In this document: piece after piece, positions 17,884-24,125 of the stretch
Numbering within the stretch: position 1 is the stretch's first letter
Layout: every line of letters starts with the position of its first letter
Source: Candidatus Peribacter sp. UBA2144
GTDB taxonomy: Bacteria > Patescibacteriota > Gracilibacteria > Peribacterales > Peribacteraceae
NCBI GenBank assembly: GCA_002328295.1
Contig: DCXE01000045.1
Coordinates: 3,349-36,465 of the forward strand
Length of the DNA: 33,117 nt
Reading direction: 5' to 3'
Position numbers and translations under genes: made by a program
Notes under the pieces: generated by a model
What the model saw: the letters and a program-made list of their open reading frames with translations, nothing else
What the model was told of the DNA's origin: nothing
The model's database searches: none

Positions 17884-19569
17884 GTGCAAAAAGCCTGCTC
17901 CAAGTGCGGCACTGGATTCGAGATCACGCAAAGTGATCTGGATTTTTATGACAAAGTCTCCCCAATGTTTGGAGGAAAGAAATGCATGATCCCACCTCCA
18001 AAATTATGTCCAGATTGCAGATTGCAAAGAAGGGTGGCATGGAGAAACGAACGGTTTATGTACAAACGAAAATGTGATGCGACAGGTAAAGATATTATTT
18101 CAATGTATCCTCCGGATTCTCCATTTAAGATCTATGAACAAAGTGTTTGGTGGAGCGATAGCTGGAACGCGCTTGATTATGGCAGAGACTTTGATTTTAA
18201 CCGTCCGTTTTTCGAACAATTCCGTGAACTACAATTGGAAGTGCCTCGTCTTGCGCTCGTAAACAAGAATAGCCACAACTCTCAATATACTAATCATGCT
18301 GGAGATAACAAAGATTGCTATCTTTCTGCAACCATATTTGAATCTGAGGATATTTATTATTCCGATTGGGTTATAGATCATTGTCGAGATCTGGTTGATT
18401 GTTCTTATGTGATGGAAGGATGTGAACTGTGCTACGAAATATATTACGGATGGGGCTCATATCAGGCATTCTTCAGTGAATTTACAAAGAGGTGCCAAAA
18501 CATTTGGTTTTGTTATGACTGCATGAACTGCAAGCATTGCTTCTTATGTTCAAACCTTAGAAACAAAGAATATTGTTTCGAAAACAATCAATTAACAAAG
18601 GAGGAGTACGAAAAAAAGATTAAGAGCCTTCTTCCATGGTCGCATTCGAACCTGAAGGAATATAAAACTAAGTACATTAAAATGAAGGAAGGGCAGGCTG
18701 TTCATCCAGCTATTTATCAGGTTCAATCTTTGGACTCTAGTGGAGATCTTTTATTTCAGACAGAAAACTGTCAACACTGTTTCGATATTATCGGATCAAA
18801 AGACTGCAGATACTGCCAAAGTGTAATAGACGTTAAAGATTGCTTGGACATATATCACGTTGGATGGGCGGAGTTAATGTATGAATGCCATGCAATCAGC
18901 AACGGATACCAATGTTTTGCGTGTCACTTCACATATGACAACTCAAATTCTATCTACTGCGATTGTACTCAGAATTGCAAAAATGTATTTGGATGCTGCA
19001 GTTTGAATCAGCAGGAATATTGCATAATGAACAAGAAGTATTCCAAAGATGAGTACAACTCTCTTGTACCAAAGATTATTGAGCACATGCAAAATACAGG
19101 TGAATGGGGGGAATTCTTCCCAATGGAGTATTCACCGTTTGCTTACAACCAGTCCAGAGCACCCGAATTTATTCCAATTACAAAAGAAGAGGCTAAATCC
19201 AAAAACATCAGATGGTCCGATTATGTTCCACCCGCTCCGGATTCCAATAAAACAATACTTGCCAGCAATCTTCCCGAAATGACTTCTGACATTCCCGATG
19301 ATGTACTCGATTGGGCAATCAAATGCGAAATTACATCAACCCCTTATCAGATAATTCGAAAAGAATTGGAGTTCTATAGGAAATCCGGACTTCCCATTCC
19401 ACGCAGACACCCCAATCAACGTTATATTGATCGAATTTCTATGAGGACCCCATGGAAACTCTTTAATAGAAAATGTGATAAATGCAGTAAGGAAATCGAG
19501 TCTACGCATAGCCCCGAAAAACCCGAGAAGATTTATTGTGAGAAGTGCTACTTAAAAGAAGTATATTAA
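17884..19569 (+). CDS. cysteine-rich protein, paralog 3 (GTG start)
   Basis: 561 aa. CSKC...CPDCRLQRRVAWRNER at the N-terminus and RKCDKCSKEI...IYCEKCYLKEVY at the C-terminus. It is closest to paralog 1. Confidence 0.85.
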   Translation: MQKACSKCGTGFEITQSDLDFYDKVSPMFGGKKCMIPPPKLCPDCRLQRRVAWRNERFMYKRKCDATGKDIISMYPPDSPFKIYEQSVWWSDSWNALDYGRDFDFNRPFFEQFRELQLEVPRLALVNKNSHNSQYTNHAGDNKDCYLSATIFESEDIYYSDWVIDHCRDLVDCSYVMEGCELCYEIYYGWGSYQAFFSEFTKRCQNIWFCYDCMNCKHCFLCSNLRNKEYCFENNQLTKEEYEKKIKSLLPWSHSNLKEYKTKYIKMKEGQAVHPAIYQVQSLDSSGDLLFQTENCQHCFDIIGSKDCRYCQSVIDVKDCLDIYHVGWAELMYECHAISNGYQCFACHFTYDNSNSIYCDCTQNCKNVFGCCSLNQQEYCIMNKKYSKDEYNSLVPKIIEHMQNTGEWGEFFPMEYSPFAYNQSRAPEFIPITKEEAKSKNIRWSDYVPPAPDSNKTILASNLPEMTSDIPDDVLDWAIKCEITSTPYQIIRKELEFYRKSGLPIPRRHPNQRYIDRISMRTPWKLFNRKCDKCSKEIESTHSPEKPEKIYCEKCYLKEVY

Positions 19570-19623
19570 GTGTCATCCCGAGCTAAGCCTGTGCTGAGCG
19601 TAGTCGTAGCATCGAGGGATAGC
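19570..19623. repeat. REP-like element (gtgtcatcccgagc...tcgagggatagc)
   Basis: A degenerate relative of the gtcatcctgagc...cgaaggatgac hairpin. Confidence 0.5.
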
Positions 19624-19628
19624 TGAGG

Positions 19629-19634
19629 TATACT
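19629..19634 (+). promoter_or_regulatory. -10 box TATACT (tgaggTATACT), 6 nt upstream of ATG 19641
   Basis: gctgaggtatactaactccATG. This spacing predicts a leaderless transcript. Confidence 0.5.
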
Positions 19635-19640
19635 AACTCC

Positions 19641-20057
19641 ATGCACTCAAAACTTTCTGACTCTGCACACGTTTTAATACTCGAAACTGGTGAAGAGATT
19701 GTAGAAGGCTTAACTAAGTACTTAACTGAGAATAATATTACCGCAGGATCAATTTCTGGAATCGGTGCTGCGACTGATGTGATATTGAATTTTTATAATA
19801 TGGAAACAAAAGAATATGAGGAGAAGGGTTTCCCGGAGGAACTTGAAATCCTTTCTCTTGTTGGAAATATTTCAATTAAGGAAGGCTCCCCGTTCGCTCA
19901 CTTGCACATTGTTCTTGGTAATAACGAATACGCGTGCATCGGAGGACATCTGAAGTCGGCGCGTGTAGGACCCACTTGCGAGATTGTGATTCAGCAACTT
20001 GATGCTGAGATGAAGAGAGAATTGGATGAGGTTACTGGGTTGTATTTGCTAACATAG
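19641..20057 (+). CDS. PPC (DUF296) domain protein, putative DNA-binding
   Basis: 138 aa with the typical DUF296 layout (LETGEEIVEGLTKY...ITAGSISGIGA...LEILSLVGNIS...HLHIVLG...GGHL). Confidence 0.75.
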   Translation: MHSKLSDSAHVLILETGEEIVEGLTKYLTENNITAGSISGIGAATDVILNFYNMETKEYEEKGFPEELEILSLVGNISIKEGSPFAHLHIVLGNNEYACIGGHLKSARVGPTCEIVIQQLDAEMKRELDEVTGLYLLT

Positions 20058-20073
20058 TCATTGATTAGTATGT

Positions 20074-20100
20074 AGGTATGTGCGCACATACCTTCTTATT
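20074..20100 (+). terminator. terminator-like perfect palindrome aggtatgtgc/gcacatacct followed by tcttatt
   Basis: 10-bp stem at 20074-20093, downstream of the PPC gene stop. Confidence 0.5.
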
Positions 20101-20118
20101 AATATTTATGAATAAATA

Positions 20119-20144
20119 AAGAGCCCGAATATCTCCGAGCTCTT
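20119..20144 (-). terminator. terminator for the SIMPL gene (aagagc...gctctt stem, T-rich tail on the minus strand)
   Basis: The minus strand reads aagagctcggagatattcgggctctttatttattc. Confidence 0.5.
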
Positions 20145-20159
20145 CTTATGCAATTTCAA

Positions 20160-20912
20160 TTATTTCAACTCGTAAGTCAGCGAAACATTCACTCTAATTT
20201 CCTGCTCTCCTGTGGGCACAGGCGGCATATTGGCTTCATCCATATCTCCGCCACCTCCCATCCCATAAGCCATAGCCTTTTCCATTCTTGCATACGGCAT
20301 TCCTCCCCCGCCTTCGTTGAAGCCTCTTAGCTTTCCGAGGCTTTTGCCGAGTTGTTTGGCCAAGTCTGCGGCTTTTTTCTGACCATTCTCGATGGCCTTG
20401 GTACGCGCCTGTTCCCTGAGAATCTCGGGCTCATCGATCGTAAAATTGACGCTGCCAGCCTGATTTGCACCGGCTGCAGTTGCGGCAGCAAGTACCTTGC
20501 TCGTGTCATCCGTATTTCTGATCTTTACTCGAACATTCTGGTTCGCCTCGAATCCTCTATCGATTCTTTTGCCTTCATTCCAATCGTAAGCAGGACTTAA
20601 GTTTAAATGCTGAGTTTTAATATCTTTTTCTTCAACTCCCTGTTCTTTGATCGCATCGACAACAGCAGTCATTTTCTTGCCAAGAATTTTCATCGCTTCT
20701 TCCGATGTTTTTACACGTCCGGTTTTAACTCCGAAACTGAGTTCTGCAATATCCGGATTTGCCATAACTTTTCCTTCTCCGCTAACAGTGATTGTTAACT
20801 GATCGTAATTGCGAGTTTCAATTTTCTTACCAAGTACAAAAGATCCACCGAGTATTACGGCGACTAAAATCATTGCAATAAACTTTCCTGAACCTGAGTT
20901 GCATGAGTCCAT
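20160..20912 (-). CDS. SIMPL (DUF541) domain protein, N-terminal membrane anchor/signal
   Basis: ITVSGEGKVMANPDIAELSFGV...AMKILGKKMTAVVDAIKEQGVEEKDIKTQHLNLSPAYDW... is the typical SIMPL/BP26-like fold signature. Confidence 0.8.
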   Translation of the reverse strand: MDSCNSGSGKFIAMILVAVILGGSFVLGKKIETRNYDQLTITVSGEGKVMANPDIAELSFGVKTGRVKTSEEAMKILGKKMTAVVDAIKEQGVEEKDIKTQHLNLSPAYDWNEGKRIDRGFEANQNVRVKIRNTDDTSKVLAAATAAGANQAGSVNFTIDEPEILREQARTKAIENGQKKAADLAKQLGKSLGKLRGFNEGGGGMPYARMEKAMAYGMGGGGDMDEANMPPVPTGEQEIRVNVSLTYELK

Positions 20913-20946
20913 ATGTGTGAGGGGTTAAATGGTAGGGGTGAAGTAT

Positions 20947-21041
20947 AAGTGAAGAGTTAAAAGTTAATAGTGAAAAGTTTACTTAGATATGTCCAAATAG
21001 ATATTATAAAAAACACTATTCACTATTAACTATTCACTTTT
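20947..21041. repeat. word-type inverted repeat (agtgaat / attcact words); the right arm is identical to 30141-30168
   Basis: cactattcactattaactattcactttt at 21014-21041 matches 30141-30168 at 28/28 nt. The last codons and the stop of sufC lie inside this arm. Confidence 0.85.
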
Positions 21042-21788
21042 AACTTTATAGCCCTTTTCCTCCAATTCCAGCGCCAATTCTGGACCTCCGCTATCAGCAA
21101 TTCTCCCATCAATCACCATATGCACACGGTCTGGCTTAACGTAATCAAGAATCCGCGCATAATGAGTTATGATCAAAAATGATCTTTCTGGCGAGCGCAA
21201 TTTTTCTATTCCCTCAGCAACTATTTTTAGCGCATCAATATCGAGTCCTGAGTCAGTTTCGTCTAACAAAGCAAATTTGGGTTCTAATACAAGCATCTGC
21301 AGCATCTCTGCTTTTTTCTTTTCTCCTCCGGAGAATCCTTCATTTACTGACCTATCGCAAAAATTATGATCCATACCAATCTCATCCATTTTTTGCTGAA
21401 GAAGTGCCTGAAAAGTTATGGGAGAAATCTCTCTACCATCCGGATGTCTGGCAGACATCTGCGCTTTATATGCAGCAAGTAGAAAACTTCTGAGTGAAAC
21501 TCCGGAAATGGTGCGAGGATATTGGAATGCAAGAAATACGCCTGCCTTGGCTCTCTCATCAGGTGTCATACTGAATAGATCTTGTCCTCTGAATGACATT
21601 TCCCCTGAAGTTACCTTGTAATCAGGATGGCCCATAAGAACATTCGAAAGTGTCGACTTGCCAGAACCGTTTGGACCCATAAGGGCATGTACTTCGCCTT
21701 GAGGAATTTCCAGATCAACTCCATGTAAGATCTCCTGTTCTTCAACTAATACTTTAAGGCCTTTTATGGAAAGAAATGAATTGATAAT
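21030..21788 (-). CDS. sufC: Fe-S cluster assembly ATPase SufC; 5' end uncertain (no ATG/GTG/TTG upstream of the conserved N-terminus; ATT at 21788 or ATC at 21785 possible)
   Basis: Walker A GPNGSGKST, signature FSGGEKKKAEMLQM, Walker B LALLDETDSGLD. Homology to the E. coli SufC N-terminus (MLSIKDLHV...) continues as SFLSIKGLKVLVEEQEILHGVDLEIPQGEVHAL, upstream of the first ATG (21680). Confidence 0.88.
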   Translation of the reverse strand: MINSFLSIKGLKVLVEEQEILHGVDLEIPQGEVHALMGPNGSGKSTLSNVLMGHPDYKVTSGEMSFRGQDLFSMTPDERAKAGVFLAFQYPRTISGVSLRSFLLAAYKAQMSARHPDGREISPITFQALLQQKMDEIGMDHNFCDRSVNEGFSGGEKKKAEMLQMLVLEPKFALLDETDSGLDIDALKIVAEGIEKLRSPERSFLIITHYARILDYVKPDRVHMVIDGRIADSGGPELALELEEKGYKVKSE

Positions 21789-21857
21789 TGAGAATTGATA
21801 ATTGATAATAGTAATCCAATTCTCAATTCTTCATTCTCAATTCTCAATTCTCAATTC
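21781..21857. repeat. word-type inverted repeat (ttgataat/tgagaat vs attctca words)
   Basis: ttgataattgagaattgataattgataa faces caattctcaattcttcattctcaattctcaattctcaattc. Confidence 0.8.
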
Positions 21858-21864
21858 AGTATTT

Positions 21865-22428
21865 ATGACTCTGACTATCCCACAACTTCAGGACAAGCTT
21901 AAAGAATGGAAAGGCTGTGAGCTTGCAAAGAACGCTAATCCCGTATTGGGTGAAGGTAATCCTAATGCTGACATAATGTTTATCGGAGAAGCTCCGGGTG
22001 CGAAGGAGGATGAACTTGGTCGCCCGTTTGTAGGACCCGCTGGAAAGTTTTTGGATGAACTCTTGGAATCAATCGGTTTTAAGCGCGAAGATGTTTATAT
22101 TTCCAACGTAGTTAAATATAGACCTCCAAACAACCGCGATCCTCTTCCAGAGGAAAAGGAACAATGCATGCCATGGTTAAAGATGGAGATTGCTCTTATT
22201 AAACCTAAGGTGATTGTCCCGCTTGGCAGACACGCACTCCAGCACTTCTTTCAGAAATTAAGTATTACAAATGCACATGGGAAACCTCAAAAGATGAATG
22301 ACGATGTGACGGTTTTTCCAATCTATCACCCAGCCGCCGCACTCCATAATGGGAATCTGAGGCAGGCTTTGTTCGATGACTTCAGCGCCCTAAAGAAGTT
22401 TCTGGATGAAAACGGTCGAGCGAATTGA
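21865..22428 (+). CDS. uracil-DNA glycosylase, family 4
   Basis: GEGNPNADIMFIGEAPGAKEDELGRPFVGPAGKFLD and the IYHPAAALHN motifs are present. The first 21 codons of the ORF-track entry are translated repeat, so the start is set at ATG 21865. Confidence 0.85.
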   Translation: MTLTIPQLQDKLKEWKGCELAKNANPVLGEGNPNADIMFIGEAPGAKEDELGRPFVGPAGKFLDELLESIGFKREDVYISNVVKYRPPNNRDPLPEEKEQCMPWLKMEIALIKPKVIVPLGRHALQHFFQKLSITNAHGKPQKMNDDVTVFPIYHPAAALHNGNLRQALFDDFSALKKFLDENGRAN

Positions 22429-22487
22429 AAATTGTAAGTGGAAAGTGGAAAATCATTTTCCATTTACCACTTTCAACTTTCAATTTA
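22429..22487. repeat. word-type hairpin (gtggaaa / tttccac words)
   Basis: aaattgtaagtggaaagtggaaaatc faces attttccatttaccactttcaactttcaattt. Confidence 0.85.
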
Positions 22488-22488
22488 T

Positions 22489-22851
22489 CTAATGATCTAG
22501 CGCCACCTCCACCAACACCGACACAGCAACAATTAGCACCCCGATCCACCAGTTAAGCAAATTCAGTTGATGAAATAGAACTATTACAGTCAAGCTAATG
22601 CCAAGTAGGATTCCTTGTCGGAGGGAGATGCTTGTTAACTTTCCCATATCCCACATATGGGTTGGCACCATTCTCCAAATACCAATAAAGCAAAGTGCTC
22701 CAACTGTACTAACTGTCAAAAAGAAACTTAGGAAGAAAGCAGGAATAGCCTGAGCAGGCGCAGTTAGCGGACTGACGCGTAAAAGGACCACAAGAAGAGA
22801 AGTGGAAGAGAAGAGAGCCGAGAGGATTATTCCAAATAGAAGCGTGTTCAA
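22489..22851 (-). CDS. small integral membrane protein (4 predicted TM), TTG start
   Basis: 120 aa and almost entirely hydrophobic. It is bracketed by 32-nt direct repeats (22455-22487 and 22931-22962). Confidence 0.5.
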   Translation of the reverse strand: MNTLLFGIILSALFSSTSLLVVLLRVSPLTAPAQAIPAFFLSFFLTVSTVGALCFIGIWRMVPTHMWDMGKLTSISLRQGILLGISLTVIVLFHQLNLLNWWIGVLIVAVSVLVEVALDH

Positions 22852-22860
22852 AGCTAAGTG

Positions 22861-22962
22861 GTAAATTGTAAGCGGAAAATGGAAAATGCTTTATCCATTA
22901 AGCAAAGGATAGCATTATACTCGCTTGCGTATTTTCCATTTACCATTTTCAACTTTCAATTA
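22861..22962. repeat. word-type inverted repeat; the right arm is a direct copy of 22455-22487
   Basis: attttccatttaccattttcaactttcaatta (22931-22962) versus attttccatttaccactttcaactttcaattta (22455-22487) shows 1 mismatch. Confidence 0.85.
22865..22870 (-). promoter_or_regulatory. -10 box TACAAT, 13 nt upstream of the TTG start at 22851
   Basis: The minus strand reads ccgctTACAATttaccacttagctTTG. Confidence 0.35.
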
Positions 22963-22973
22963 CATGTTTATAG

Positions 22974-22979
22974 TATAAT
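22974..22979 (+). promoter_or_regulatory. -10 box TATAAT, 11 nt upstream of ATG 22991
   Basis: tttatagtataattactatacaacATG. Confidence 0.5.
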
Positions 22980-22990
22980 TACTATACAAC

Positions 22991-24022
22991 ATGTCTAACA
23001 GTTCTAAATCCAGCGCCGGCATGTGGGCCGAATATGCAAAGAAAATAAAAAAGGTCTCTACCTTGAACGATCTGGAAGATATTGAACAGGAGCTATTTGG
23101 ACGCAAACAGGGCGTAATGACGCTTGCAATGAAGAAGTTGAAGGATTTAAGTCCCGATGAGAAAAAAGTGCAAGCAAAGGAACTTAATGAACAAAAGCAA
23201 ATACTGGTTGAGGAGCTAGAGAAACTACAGAATGATCTAGAGACTCCCACAGGAGACGTACTTGCCAAAAGTGATTCTATCGATGTGACTCTGGATCTTC
23301 CGGAAAAAGAACGCGGGCACCTTCATCTTATACCCGAATTTATAAGACAGGCAGAGGAAGTTTTTGGACGAATGGGATTTGATGTATTCAGAGGACCGGA
23401 GATAGAACCGGAAGAATACAATTTTGATCTTCTGAATTTTCCAAAAGACCATGCAGCGCGTGACTGGGCTGACGTTTTCTACATGAAAAAGCAAACAGCA
23501 CCCGATAACAGACTGACTCTTCGAGCACACACATCACCATGCCAAGTAAGATACATGCAAAAAAATAAGCCACCCCTCAAGGCTATCTTCCCAGGGAAAA
23601 CATATAGGAAAGACGATGACGCAACGCACTCTCCAATGTTTCATCAGTTGGAAGGATTAATGGTTGGTAAAGATATTACCTTGGCTAACATGAAGGCGGT
23701 AATGATTAAGTGCGTACAGGAACTAATAACACAGGATGCTGAATTTAGATTTCGAACCGGCTACTTCCCATTTGTTGAACCTGGGCTAGAGATGGACATG
23801 AAGTGGACCGGAGAAGATAAGACAAAAGAAGGAGACTGGCTAGAGATTGTAGGATGCGGAATGGTTCATCCGAATGTACTTAAGAATTGTGATATTGATC
23901 CCGACAAGTGGCAGGGATTTGCATTCGGATTCGGAGTTGACCGGATGGTTATGATCAAGCATCGAATTAAAAGTATAAGGGAGTTGTTCCCCGGGGATGT
24001 GCGCTTCCTTAGGCAGTTTTAA
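22991..24022 (+). CDS. pheS: phenylalanine--tRNA ligase alpha subunit
   Basis: HTSPCQVRYM, FRFRTGYFPFVEPGLEMD, GCGMVHPNVL and GFAFGFGVDRMVMIKHRI are class II aaRS PheS motifs. No pheT lies downstream. Confidence 0.95.
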   Translation: MSNSSKSSAGMWAEYAKKIKKVSTLNDLEDIEQELFGRKQGVMTLAMKKLKDLSPDEKKVQAKELNEQKQILVEELEKLQNDLETPTGDVLAKSDSIDVTLDLPEKERGHLHLIPEFIRQAEEVFGRMGFDVFRGPEIEPEEYNFDLLNFPKDHAARDWADVFYMKKQTAPDNRLTLRAHTSPCQVRYMQKNKPPLKAIFPGKTYRKDDDATHSPMFHQLEGLMVGKDITLANMKAVMIKCVQELITQDAEFRFRTGYFPFVEPGLEMDMKWTGEDKTKEGDWLEIVGCGMVHPNVLKNCDIDPDKWQGFAFGFGVDRMVMIKHRIKSIRELFPGDVRFLRQF

Positions 24023-24033
24023 ATAAGAAACAC

Positions 24034-24125
24034 AGAGGAAACAGAAGAACCAGACGTTTCAGAGGAATTGCTAGAGTACTCTTCTGTTTCTTCTGCTTCC
24101 TCTGACTCCTCTGTTTCCTCTTTTT
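24034..24125 (+). terminator. word-type long hairpin (agaggaaacag...ctgtttcctct) ending in TTTT; probable pheS terminator
   Basis: The outer 11-bp stem is 24034-24044 / 24111-24121, followed by tttt. Inner agaagaa/ttcttct words also pair. The same word family recurs at 33079-33117. Confidence 0.5.
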
